NCBI RefSeq assembly: GCF_006345805.1
Contig: NC_043018.1
Coordinates: 19,530,001 to 19,594,000 of the forward strand
DNA: 64,000 bases
DNA from: Octopus sinensis
Lineage: Eukaryota
Direction of reading: 5' to 3'
A program made the position numbers and the translations under genes. The notes beneath the pieces are model-generated. The model worked only from the letters and a program-made list of their open reading frames with translations. It was not told where the DNA came from and made no database searches. Shown piece after piece: positions 1 to 13,004 of the stretch. Every line of letters starts with the position of its first letter. Within the stretch, counting starts at the first letter, position 1.

Positions 1-220
1 TCATTTCTCGCGAGCTTACGCATATCCTCAGCAGTCACGGCCCATGTTTCACTGCCATGTAGCATGGCTGTTCATACACATGCATCATACAGTCTGCCTT
101 TTACTCTGAGCGAGAGGCCTTTAGTCACCAACAGAGGTAAGAGCTCCCTACACTTTGCCCAGGCTATTCTTACTCTAGCCGTTACACTTTCAGCACACCC
201 ACCCCCACTACTGACTTGGT
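1..220 (-). mobile_element. RTE-clade non-LTR retrotransposon, RT C-terminal fragment
   Basis: Minus frame reads AESVTARVRIAWAKCRELLPLLVTKGLSLRVKGRLYDACV*TAMLHGSETWAVTAEDMRKLARN; same family as 50508-51729. Confidence 0.85.
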
Positions 221-1134
221 CATACACACATAATCACATACACACATACAATATACGCAAAAGACATACATACACATACATACATGTACACATATATACA
301 TATATACATACACACATAATCACATACACACATACAATATACGCAAAAGACATACATACACATACATACATGTACACATATATACATATATACATACACA
401 CATAATCACATACACACATACAATATACGCAAAACACACACATACACATACATACATGTACACATATATACATATATACATACACACATACGATATACAC
501 AAACACATACACACACGTACACACACGTACACACACGTACACACACGTACACACACACATACAAGCACGTACATATACATACACTAACTGAATGTAATTA
601 ATTGGGGCCACTCAAAGCCGCCACCATAATCTGGACACCAGAATTACACCGACTGCAAATAAGTTAATCTTCCTTCCTCCGACCAAACCCCAAGAGACTA
701 ATGGAATCAATCCGAAAGCTGCAAACAGGTCATCCGTATGAATAATACAGGCTTTAATCAGAGTTCGTTAGCAAAAATATGTTACTGATTAATTTTTACA
801 TTCTAGATGACATTTCGAATTGATCCATTTAACAATATGATTTTATACTGCTAAATATCTTATTTCGATATTTATTAGAATGGCACTGGTTGGTTGGTTG
901 GTTGGTTGGTTTGTATGCTGGTCGCTTCGTTGTCTGGTATGTTGATGACCTATCAGTCTCTGCCTGTCCATCTCTGCTTGTATCTCTCTCTCTCTCTATC
1001 TATCTATCTGTCTCTCTCTCGCTGTCTGCTTGGCTGGCAAATGTCAGCACTTGACACAACTGTCTGGCTCTGAAAAAAAAATACACACACACACACACAC
1101 ACAATTGCCATTGTATAATATATATAAAGAGAGT

Positions 1135-1385
1135 ATTCTTTAATTCTTTAATTCTTTAATTCTTTGATTCTTTGATTCTTTGACTAGTTTTCACTCACTG
1201 GACTGTGGCCATGTTGGGGCAATGCTATCAGAGCTTTCGGCAAACAAATCAACCTCTGTACTTGTTTTTAAAAACTTTTTAAAGCCTGGTACTTGTTCTA
1301 TCAGTCTCGTTTTGCTGAACTGTTAAGTTATAGGATGTAAACAAACTAACACTGGTTCTCAAGCAGTGGTGGGGCAATCAGACAC
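1135..1385 (-). mobile_element. Diverged 3' half of tRNA-derived SINE family 1
   Basis: Reverse complement resembles family 1 tail (..gatagaacaagtacc..ccccaacatggccacagtccagtgagtgaaaac). Confidence 0.6.
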
Positions 1386-1590
1386 TCAGAACATACACAC
1401 AGAGATATATACATACATAGATATATGAATACATATTGTATATATATATCTGTTTATGCAAATATCTATGTATGTATATATGCATGTAAATATATATCTA
1501 AGCATGTATATACCTATGTATATATATATATCTACATATGTATATATCTATGTATGGATATATCTATGTACACATATATATATGTGCATG

Positions 1591-1621
<31 letters not shown>

Positions 1622-1912
1622 TGTCTGTATATCTACCTTCTCTATAATGTTGCCACTTGATATGAAAATTTTTGTATTAATGGAAAACCTCTATAATTGG
1701 CTGATGAGTGCTCAGCATTTTAAAACTGTTGTAATACTTACAACATTTAATAAAATGATGTAGTACGAAACGATCGTACCAAATTACCGGTGTCATTCTT
1801 GTTGCTTATTTTGATTATAATCACTCCACGGATTTTTATGGATAACACCATATAGAATTCTGGTGCATCTAAATTAAGTACCATATTCATTTGAATCTAA
1901 ATTTTTGCTGAA

Positions 1913-1915
<3 letters not shown>
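1622..1915 (+). mobile_element. Hammerhead-bearing short repeat family A (PLE pseudo-LTR-like)
   Basis: Near-identical to 44690-44955; contains hammerhead 1695-1785; flanked by (TA)n. Confidence 0.75.
1695..1785 (+). ncRNA. Type I hammerhead ribozyme motif with long stem II
   Basis: aattgg-CTGATGA(1701-1707)-gtgct..agtac 59-nt stem II-GAAA(1767-1770)-cgatcg-TA-ccaaatt; GUA cleavage triplet. Confidence 0.85.
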
Positions 1916-1946
<31 letters not shown>

Positions 1947-2864
1947 CATCATCATCACCATCGTTTAACACCTGCTTTCCATGCAAGCAAAGAGTTGGAC
2001 AATTTGACTGAGGGCTGGCGAATTTAAATGTTGAAGTGAATTTAACGGATTTTGTATAAATATATTTATATTAAAACAATAACATAGCAAGTCTGGTCAT
2101 AGAGTGACCAATGGTTTCGCATCAAAGAAAGCTGCAGCCTTGTGGTCAGCTAATCAGACTCTATACAGACAAAATTAGCTCTTCACCTCTTAGAGGTGAA
2201 AAGTTGTTATGGTTAATTGATTAAAAGGTCATCAGAAAATAAAAGGGTCCAGTTTTGGTGAGAATGGGTTATCTCCCCTGCACCAGTTATTTGGGGAATA
2301 GGGATCTGTCTCTTGGCCTGCTCACATATTGTAAGGGCTCTTACGAGCTTAGTCAGTAAACAGGGAATCCTAATTTTGCAGCAGGTAACGCTTGAAATGG
2401 ATTCATTGTGTGAATATGTATTTATATATGTATTTATATATTTTGATGAGATAAAATATATGTCTGGTCACTCTATAACTGGACTTATATGTCCTTGCAT
2501 GTAAGTACATTATTGCTCTATCCTTTTGAGTATATTTCTTTTTCGAATACATGATTCACTAACGATATATACACAGACATGTAGGAAATAAATAGACACC
2601 TTTAATTTTAAAAATTTCTGATCTAAGCATCTTAATATGTTTTCAGTAGTGTAGAATTTACAATATAATTATTCTTTTTCATTCCAGGTGCCATTATATT
2701 AAACATTTGCGAAGAGTAACCATGCCACACACAAAAAATTCAGGAGAACTCATTAGAAAGGGCATCCAGCTGTAGAAACCATGCCAAATCAGGCTGGAGT
2801 CTGGTGCAGCCCTGGTCAAACCATCCAACCCATGCCAGCATGGACAATGGACGATAAATGATGA

Positions 2865-2897
<33 letters not shown>

Positions 2898-2903
2898 ATC
2901 TAA

Positions 2904-3123
2904 GGCGGCGAGCTGGCAGAGACGTTAGCACGCCGGGCGAAATGCGTAGCCGTATTTCGTCTGCCGCTACGTTGTGAGTTCAAATTCCGCCGAGGTCGAC
3001 TTTACCTTTCATCCTTTCGGGGTCGATTAAATAAGTACCAGTTACGCACTGGGGTCGATATAATCGACTTAAATCGTTTGTTTGTCCTCTCTGTGTTTAG
3101 CCACTTGTGGGTAGTAAAGAAAT
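2904..3123 (+). mobile_element. tRNA-derived SINE family 2
   Basis: Head ggcggcgagctggcaga..gagttcaaattcc (A/B-box-like); other copies at 13892-14110, 19196-19400, 28578-28805, 46612-46772 (minus) and 56878-57098. Confidence 0.85.
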
Positions 3124-3690
3124 ATATATATATATATATACACACATATATACACACATGCATACATATACATATAGAGATGTATACACACACACATATG
3201 TGTGTGTCTATGTGTGTATATATATCCATATATGTGTATATATACTTGTATGTCTGAATGTGTGTCTCTTTATTTTGACATTACATGACAGATGTAAGCA
3301 AGTTTTCCTAGCATGCAAGTGATGTCAATTTCAATTCTCTTGAGCTAGTGGAGTCACTGAGTATAAAGACAGACTGGCTCCTTGTTTCTCTGGGATTGGT
3401 GAAATTAATACAGAAGCCCCTGATGAAACCCCAATAAGGCTCGAAAATCAATTATCGCTGTACATCAGTTCTTCTATCCACAGACAAATAGTTACATTTG
3501 CCATGTTTATATACATAGGTTACATATATCATTCAATTAAAGAATAGGAATACTAGAATAATAGTTGTATACTGTCAACTTAACGTGACAGTAGGGGATT
3601 ACACCACCGCTGTTTGGCTCTGACACATTTACTGTGTCCTTATATATATTTACGAAGGGGAGACAAATACCCCCAGCAGCTAGGCCTGCA

Positions 3691-3737
3691 TCTAGAGACA
3701 CATATGTTTCAGGGTCTTTGTCCATCATCGGTCTAGA
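3691..3737 (-). ncRNA. Type I hammerhead motif, CCGAUGA core variant
   Basis: Minus strand tctaga-CCGATGA-tggacaaagaccct-GAAA-catatgtg-TC-tctaga; stem II partly decayed. Confidence 0.6.
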
Positions 3738-3778
3738 GTAGCAAAAGCCAGCTAGCTGCAGATATCTGTCCCGACTTC

Positions 3779-4192
3779 GTGGCTGTGTGGTAAGTAACTT
3801 GCTAACCAACCACATGGTTCTGGGTTCAATCCCACTGCGTGGCATCTTGGGCAAGTGTCTTCTGCTATAGCCCCGGGCCGACCAATGCCTTGTGAGTGGA
3901 TTTGGTAGACGGAAACTGGAAGAAGCCTGTCATATATATGTATATGTATATATGTATGTGTGTGTGTGTTTGTGTGTCTGTGTTTGTCCCCCTAGCATTG
4001 CTTGACAACCAATGCTTGTGTGTGTTTACGTCCCCGTCACTTAGCGTTTGGCAGAAGAGACTGATAGAATAAGTACTGGGCTTACAAAAGAATAAGTCCT
4101 GGGGTCGATTTCCCCGACTAAAGGCGGTGCTCCAGCATGGCCGCAGTCAAATGACTGAAACAAGTAAAAGAGAGAAAAAGAGAAAAAGAGAG
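3779..4192 (+). mobile_element. tRNA-derived SINE family 1
   Basis: gtggctgtgtggtaag (A box) and gggttcaatcccac (B box), internal (TA/TG)n, gaaacaagtaaaag tail. Confidence 0.9.
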
Positions 4193-4800
4193 TATCTAAT
4201 TTTCAGTGAAGTATATTCACTGATCACCAAAATCAGAAATATTAAATTTCTAAATATCTCATAGAGATATGTACGGTGGTGGGGTGATATAATAGTTGTA
4301 TACTGTCAACTTAATTCTGAATACTAGAATAAAAATATTAGAATACAGAAGAGTTATACAGGAACATTAGAATATTAGAATAGTTATATAGAATACCAGA
4401 ATGTAGAAATATCAACTATTCCAGTGAAGTGTGAAGATGCTAAATTCTCATACACACATATATATATTGTTTAATTATGTATAATCATTATATTTAAGTA
4501 TGCAAAAGTAATTTTATGATATTGACCTCATATAAGAAATGCGTTGAACAGGTTGCCAAGAAATATTGATTGAATATTTCGGTTTTGTGTGTTGCGTCTT
4601 GGAAATATAGAAAACAATATCATGATGGCGTCAAGTTTGATGGAGCAGAAATGCCAAGTGTCAGTTGTAGTCAGAGAAAAGAGACTGGCTTACCTTGTGT
4701 CCACTGTATACATACATACACACATACATACATACGTACATACAAACATACATACGTACATACATGCATGCATACATACATACATACATACATACATACA

Positions 4801-4832
<32 letters not shown>

Positions 4833-4907
4833 CATAGATACATATATATATAAATATATGTATAGATAGATAGATAGATAGATACATAGATACATATATA
4901 TATATAT

Positions 4908-4961
<54 letters not shown>

Positions 4962-4980
4962 GTATTTATGTGCTGAGTAT

Positions 4981-5039
4981 ATTCCACTGATGAAGGCAGA
5001 GCATTTCTTATGCAGAACCAGAAATTCAGGATCTGGAAT
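4981..5039 (+). ncRNA. Type I hammerhead ribozyme motif (AUC triplet)
   Basis: attcca-CTGATGA(4987-4993)-stem II (gg/cc and gcat/atgc)-GAAA(5021-5024)-t.tcagg.a-TC-tggaat; perfect 6-bp stem I. Confidence 0.7.
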
Positions 5040-5989
5040 TATCCAGTAATTTTTTTTTGCTAGTTTATTTTGTCTCCGTCTTCTCTCTTCGTGCTGTATA
5101 AACATTTAATGTGGTTTTAGAGTCAGTTTTGGCTACTATTTCCAGTGTGATGGTATCTCTTAGATAGTTATATACACATATATATATATATATGTACATG
5201 TACATGTATATATATATATATAGTCAAATCAAACATTAAAAATAACACGCACACACACACGCACACACACACATATCTATATATATATATATATATAGAT
5301 ATGAAATGATGAGAGAAAATGGAATTCCCAAAACTATTCAGAATCACTACAATCGTTTTGGCTCATCATGCGTTGGCACCTTACAGGTGAGATCCTGCAC
5401 AACTAACTTGTCATGCATCAAAGGCGCAGATGCATCTCCTCAGGGGACTTTTCAAAAAGTCATTTTTGTATTTGCCATTTTGCTTATCTCTATTCCGATA
5501 CACTTTGGTGTAGCATTCCATCTGTTTCCATAAGGAACGGAGACGGAATAAGAGAATCCTTCTCATCTAAGCTATAAGATACGGAATACAAGAATAAAAG
5601 AATGAGGAATCAAAAAATAGAAAAAAAGAAGATAAAATAAAATGGAATACACCAATAAAAAGACACGAATAAAAATATAAAATATATTTGAGATCAGACA
5701 TTTATGTGGACCTCACATTTCATCAAAGCAAATAAGTTAACACACCTACACAGACACACATGTATATATGTGTGTGTGCTTGTGCGTGTATGTATATATA
5801 TATATATATATATATATACATTTACATATATGTATGTATACACACACACACATATGCACATATATAATATATATATACATATACACACACACACATACAG
5901 ATATATATATATATAGATACCAATACATACATACTCACATATATATGTATATGCACATATACATAAACATGTATATATATATATATACT

Positions 5990-6029
<40 letters not shown>

Positions 6030-6243
6030 CGCCTATATATGTATATACATGTGGGTGTGTATATATATATACATCTATATATGTATATATATGTATATAT
6101 ATGTATATACATGTGTATGTGTATATATATATATATATACGTCTATATATGTATATACATGTGTGTATATATATATATATAAATATATGTATAAATATAT
6201 ATATATATATATACGTCTATATATATGTATATACATGTGTGTG

Positions 6244-6277
<34 letters not shown>

Positions 6278-6832
6278 CATATGTATCTAAATATACATAA
6301 ATATATATCGACCAATAAATTACATATGCAAATGGATGGACATGTTACAGACACTTCCAGCTTTTGCATTTGGGGTTAATCTAATTATGTGGAGAGAGAG
6401 AGAAAGGACATAAAAAAAACCCGAAGCCAGTGAAAAGCCACGGAGGTCAGGCTGTGGTCTCATGAACAGGTATAGAGTGACCGGTCATTAGGCATTCAAC
6501 CAGATTTCACTTGCATCTGGCCATTCCTTTCACCTTTTGATTCTAGATGCTTCTCCATCTGTCTGCTGTCCATTCTTTTTTTTTTGAATTTGAAGTTAAT
6601 TTATTGCCACAGCACATGTTCGTCCACCCATATATTCACTGATATATATACACACGTTGATATATATATATACACCCTGAAACACAAAGCCACATATTGA
6701 GATGTACATGATCTAGACACACGTGCTGTTGTATATACTCGTTCATACATCTGTACACTCAGATTCCAGCCAGCCAATATATTTTTTATCCAATGGCCAT
6801 ATAGTTGGCCATATCCAATGACCATATCCAAA

Positions 6833-6997
6833 GGCGCAGGAGTGGCTGTGTGGTAAGTAGCTTGCTAACCAACCACATGGTTCCGGGTTCAGTCCCACTG
6901 CGTGGCATCTTGGGCAAGTGTCTTCTGCTATAGCCCCGGGCCGACCAAAGCTATGTGAATGGATTTAGTAGACGGAAACTGAAAGAAGCCTGGCGTA

Positions 6998-7051
<54 letters not shown>

Positions 7052-7278
7052 GTATGTGTGTTTGTGTGTCTGTGTTTGTCCCCCTAGCATTGCTTGACAA
7101 CCGATGCTGGTGTGTTTACGTCCCCGTCACTTAGCGGTTCGGCAAAAGAGACCGATAGAATAAGTACTGAGCTTACAAAAGAATAAGTCCCGGGGTCGAT
7201 TTGCTCGACTAAAGGAGGTGCTCCAGCATGGCCGCAGTCAAATGACTGAAACAAGTAAAAGAGTAAAAGTGTAAAGAG
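6833..7278 (+). mobile_element. tRNA-derived SINE family 1, full length
   Basis: ggcgcaggagtggctgtgtggtaag head through gaaacaagtaaaagagtaaaag tail. Confidence 0.9.
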
Positions 7279-7303
7279 TTATATATTTATGCATGCTTAT
7301 TTA

Positions 7304-8000
7304 CAAGGTCTGATCCATATGTATCCCGGACTGTTGCCATAGTAACGAAGCTAAAGCACGCAGAGTGAAGCCGCTTGGTAAAGATTGACCTTAAACTCTG
7401 CTGTGCAGGTGCACTAAGTTTTAACGTTCTACCTCACTTTCACTGTTTACAGCAGTGCTTGGAAGGAAGGTGTGTAGTGTGTGGTTGTCGCATTGACAAT
7501 GACAGAGAAAGTTGTCATGGCAATACCTGCTCAGAGGCCTACACAAAGATGCATAAAGTGTATGGAAAGGAGTGTATGAACTGCATACAAGTGCACAAGG
7601 GGTTTAGATGTTTCCAAGATGGCTGAAAAATGTTGATATTGTGGAAAATTCTGGGCGACCCACAACCAGTAGAATTGAGAAAAACATCACAGATGTACAT
7701 GCAGTTGTGAGGGGAAATCATCGAATCCCCATCCATGAGTTATCAGAGGATGTGCAGATTAGTTACGGTTCATTTCAGTCCATTATCACTGAAGATTTGG
7801 GTATGAGAAGCGTGTCTGCCAAGGTTGTGCCAAAACTGTTTTCAGTTGACCAAAAAGACACTGGGGTTTCAGTTGCACAAGATGTCCTTGATTGTGTTGA
7901 GAACGATAAAACCTTTTTGAAAAGTGTGTATAGGTGTCTGAGCAGATATCGCCAAGTTTTTGGCAAAATTTGATGCAGATTCTCTGCTCAACTTCCTCTG

Positions 8001-8004
<4 letters not shown>
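7304..8004 (+). mobile_element. Mariner transposon 5' remnant with inverted N-terminal piece
   Basis: TA + caaggtctgatcc..tatcccggac TIR-like start; ATG at 7499; ..GRPTTS..ELSEDVQISYGSFQSIITEDLGMRSVSAKVVPKL; minus 7930-8004 reads MTEEVEQRICIKFCQKLGDICSDTY. Confidence 0.85.
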
Positions 8005-8036
<32 letters not shown>

Positions 8037-8320
8037 GGCCGTTGCCAGCCTTGCCTGGCCTCTGTGCCAGTGGCACATAAAAAGCACCCTCCGATCATGG
8101 CTGTTTGCCAGCCTCGTCTGGCACCTGTGCCAGTGGCACGTAAAAAGCACCCACTACACTCACGGAGTGGTTGGCATTAGGAAGGGCATCCAGCTGTAGA
8201 AACATTGCCAAATCAGACTGGGCCTGATGCAGCCTTCTGGCTTCCCAGACTCCAGTTGAACCGTCCAACCCATGCTAGCTTGGAAAACGGACCTTAAACG
8301 ATGATGATGATGATGATGAT
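8037..8320 (+). mobile_element. RTE-tail-related interspersed repeat
   Basis: aagggcatccagctgtagaaa..catgctagc.tggaaaacggac.ttaaacg(atg)n 3' end; further copies near 2755-2865, 16830-16940, 24070-24300, 27415-27780, 38370-38620, 44230-44420, 45020-45465, 50320-50465, 58870-59090. Confidence 0.7.
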
Positions 8321-8362
8321 GATCTATCTATCTATCTATCTATATATCTATATATCTATCTA

Positions 8363-8402
<40 letters not shown>

Positions 8403-8483
8403 CAACAATTGAGGGTAAAATTAATTAATTAATCAATTTCACCAGTATTCAGTATGCAAAGGGACCATTTAAGGTGAATTCAA

Positions 8484-8786
8484 ATTATTACATTATATAA
8501 AAGGGCTTAGTAAAATAAATTACTTTGCCGCATACTGAACTCATTAGAAATAGCAGCTAAAAAACTTTTTTAAAACTATTTCTAATACTTAAAGAAACCT
8601 CTCTCATATAGTGTTTGCTCAATTCAACTCACCCCCATATTTGCGTGAGTTGAATTGAGCAAACACTATATGAGAGAGGTTTTCTTTAAGTATTAGAAAT
8701 AGTTTTAAAAAAGTTTTTTAGCTGCTATTCTAATGAGTTCAGTATGCGGCAAAGTAATTTATTTTACTAAGCCCTTTATATAATGT

Positions 8787-8792
<6 letters not shown>
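8484..8792. repeat. Long inverted repeat, ~149-bp arms, 12-bp spacer
   Basis: 8484-8632 is the reverse complement of 8645-8792 apart from a few 1-bp indels. Confidence 0.9.
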
Positions 8793-8836
<44 letters not shown>

Positions 8837-9257
8837 GGTAGAAAAATTATAGAAATTTTTATACCAGTGGCTTAGCATGTATTAAGTAGTCAATAGACAA
8901 CATATTTTTCATATAAAATTAGTGTACTTTTAAACACAAAAGAGGTGACTATTTTTGCACAACTCCTTTAGTAACGGTGCCTCCTCCACACACAGCACAA
9001 ATGTCTCAAGCAGCTTTGGTAACTTTGGAACTGCGATTAAAAGTGAAGAGGAGCAGGTGTTGAAAATGTTCAGTTTTTTTTTTTGTTTTCTATTTGTTAT
9101 TCCATTGTCATGTATGTCTGCAAAGAGATAAGATTTATTTGAATTTCAAAAGTAATCGACAAAAGCTGTAGAGGAAGGATGGGGCTGGGGAAAAAAAAAG
9201 ACACCAAAAAGCTGTATGAAAGAAAAATAGGTTTTTGTGTTTGTCTGTCAATCAAAT

Positions 9258-11375
9258 ATGTACACACACACATACATACAGACACATGCACACACACACT
9301 CACCCAAACACACTCACCCACACACACATGCACACACACACACACACATACATACAAATACATGCGCACACACTCACCCACACTCACCCACACACACATG
9401 CACACACACATACATACAAATACATGCGCACACACACTCACCCACACACACATGCACACACACACATACATACAAATACATGCACACACACACTCACCCA
9501 CACACACATGCACACACACACACATACATACAGACATATGCACACACACTCACCCACACACACATGCACACACACACATACATACAAGTACATGTACACA
9601 CACTCACCCAAACATGCACACACACATACATACAAATACATGCACACACACTCACCCACACACACACACACATACATACAAATACGTGCGCACACACACT
9701 CACCCACACACATACACACACATGCACACACACACACATACATACAAATACATGCACACACACTCACCCACACACACATGCACACACACTCACCTACACA
9801 CACATGCACACACACACACACATACATACAAATACATGCACACACACTCACCCACACACACATGCACACACACATACATACATACATACAAATACATGCA
9901 CACACACTCACCCACACACACATGCACACACATATACATACATACAAATACATGCGCACACACACTCACCCACACACACATGCACACACACACATACATA
10001 CAAATACATGCACACACACTCACCCACACACACATGCACACACACACATACATACAAATACATGCACACACACTCACCCACACACACATGCACACACACA
10101 CATACATACAAATACATGCACACACACTCACCCACACACACATGCACACACACACACATACATACATACAAATACATGCACACACACTCACCCACACACA
10201 CATGCACACACACACACATACATACAAATGCATGCACACACACTCACCCGCACACACATGCACACACACACATACATACAAATACATGCACACACACACA
10301 TGCACACACACACACATACATACAAATACATGCACACACACTCACCCACACACACATGCACACACACACACACACATACATACAAATACATGCACACACA
10401 CTCACCCACATACACATGCACACACACACACATACAAATACATGCACACACACACACACATGCACACACACACACACATACATACAAATACATGCACACA
10501 CATCACCCACACACACATGCACACACCACACACACATACATACAAATACATGCACACACACTCACCCACCACACACATGCACACACACACATACATACAA
10601 TACATGCACACACACACACACATGCACACACACACACACACATACAAATACATGCACACACACACTCACCCACACACACATGCACACACACACACTACAT
10701 ACAAATACATGCACACACACACATGCACACACCACACACACAATACATACAAATACATGCACACACACTCACCCACACACACATGCACACACACACACAC
10801 ACATACATACAAATACATGCACACACTCACCCACACACACATGCACACACACACACATACATACAAATACATGCATACACACACACTCACCCACACACAC
10901 ATACATACAAATACATGCACACACACTCACCCACACACACACTCACCCACACACACATGTACACACACACACACATACATACATACAAATACATGCACAC
11001 ACACTCACCCACACACACACTCACCCACACACACATGCACACACACACACACACACATACATACAAATACATGCACACACACTCACCCAAACACACATGC
11101 ACACACACACACACACACATACATACAAATACATGCATACACACACACACTCACCCACACACACATGCACACACACACACATACATACAAATACATGCAC
11201 ACACACTCACCCACACACACATGCACACACACATACATACATACAAATACATGCACACACACTCACCCACACACACATGAACACACACACACATACATAC
11301 AAATACATGCACACACACACTCACCTACACACTCACCTACATACACATGCACACATACACATGAGCACACATACT
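9258..11375. repeat. CA-rich higher-order satellite, ~50-60-bp unit
   Basis: Recurring catacatacaaatacatgcacacacactcacccacacacacatg(ca)n. Confidence 0.95.
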
Positions 11376-11384
11376 CTCGAGCAT

Positions 11385-12350
11385 AGCTGTGTAGTTAGAA
11401 GTTGGCTTTCCAACCACAGGGTTCCAGGTTCAATCCCACTGCAAGGTACTTTGGTCAGGTGTCTTCTACTACAGCCCCAGGCAGACCAAAGACTTGTGAA
11501 AGGGTTTGGTGGGCAGAAACTTAAAGAAGCCCATTGTGTGTGTATGTATGTGTGTGTGTGTGTGTGTGTGTGTTTGTGATGTAGTGGGGGTTCTTTGCAT
11601 CTGTGTTTGTGCCCCATCACTGCTTGACAACTGGTGTTGTACCCAAAACTTAGTGGTTCAGTAAAAGGCACTGATAGAATAAGTAACAGGTTTAAATAAA
11701 GCAAGTTCTGGGGTCCTTTCATTCGGCTAAAAATAATTCTTCAAGGCAGCGTCACAGAATGGCAGCATCACAGAAGTGAGTAAAACAAGTAAAACATAAA
11801 AGAGATATATAATGGAGTGGCTGTGTGGTAAGTAGCTTGCTTACCAACCACATGGTTCCGGGTTCAGTCCCACTGTGTGGCACCTTGGGTAAATGTCTTC
11901 TACTATAGCCTCAGGCTGACCAAAGCCTTGTGAGTGGATTTGGCAGACGGAAACTGAAAGAAGCCTGTCATATATGTGTGTGTGTGTGTGTATGTTTGCG
12001 TATGTGTGTTTGTCCCCCCCACCATCGCTTGACAACCGATGCTGGTGTGTTTACGTCTCTGTAACTTAGCAGTCCGGCAAAAGAGACCGATAGAATAAGT
12101 ACTAGGCTTACAAAGAATAAGTCCTGGGGTCGATTTGTCCCCACCCCTATCACCGCTTGACAACTGGTATTGGTGCGTTTACATCCCCATAACTTAGCGG
12201 TTCAGCAAAAATGAGACTGACAGAATAAGTACTGGGTGTAAAAAAATCAAAATAAAACGAGTCCTTGGGTCCATTTGTCGAACTAAAACTCTTGAAGGTG
12301 GTGCTCCAGCATGGCCGCAGTCAAATGACAGAAACAAGTAAAAGAATAAA
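11385..12350 (+). mobile_element. Cluster of SINE family 1 copies (one diverged, one with duplicated 3' segment)
   Basis: Heads at ~11385 and ~11814; repeated gcttgacaac..gatagaataagtact segments. Confidence 0.8.
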
Positions 12351-12351
12351 A

Positions 12352-12384
<33 letters not shown>

Positions 12385-13004
12385 AGTGTTTCTCTGGTGC
12401 GTACAGTGTAACGTAAGTGATACCACTATCTCTTATAATTCTTCTGAAGAATAAATATTGATTGGAATGGCTGTTATTGTCCAGAGTTATTAAACGGTAA
12501 AGGTTTTGTCATTCTTTGATGTTTCTCGATGCCATTTAATCACAGAAGGGAACCAAGATGATAGGAAGCATTTAAAGAAAACGTGTTGCAACTTTTCTCC
12601 GTTTGAAGAATTCAGGCAATTCATAATTGCATCATCTTGGAGAAGGATTCCCACCCAACGCTCTTACTAACAACGACTTGATCTGGACAATCTCCTGGGT
12701 GACACACTTTTTGAGTAATATTTCCACATTGAAACACATTCTGCAAACCACACTTATAAACATATACGTGGTGTGGGCTTGACCATGTGGTTAAGCATGG
12801 CATTTTGCAACCACGTAGTTCTCTGTTCAGTTCCACTGTGTGGCACCTTGGGCAAGTATTTTCTACAATAGCTCAGGCTAGCTGAGACCTTGTGAGTGAA
12901 ACTGTGAGGAAGCCCATTGTGCATATATATATTTACTGTACTCTTTAACCACATCTTTCTCCCATTCTTTCTTCCTATTTCAAATGGCCAGCCTTGTAAC
13001 ACTC

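Larger units (their letters stand above)
3559..4314 (-). mobile_element. Hammerhead-bearing direct-repeat-bounded element (retrozyme/pLTR-like), interrupted by a SINE
   Basis: 25-bp direct repeat at 3559-3583 and 4290-4314; reverse-complement homologue of 62948-63339; SINE inserted at 3779-4192. Confidence 0.7.

Noticed and set aside
5300-5350. ATGATGA-gagaa..ttccc-AAAAC hammerhead-like string
   Set aside because: C3 and G12 missing, no stem I
9179-11579. 680-780-aa His/Thr-rich ORFs
   Set aside because: Open in all three frames because CA-rich repeats lack stops; no coding signal
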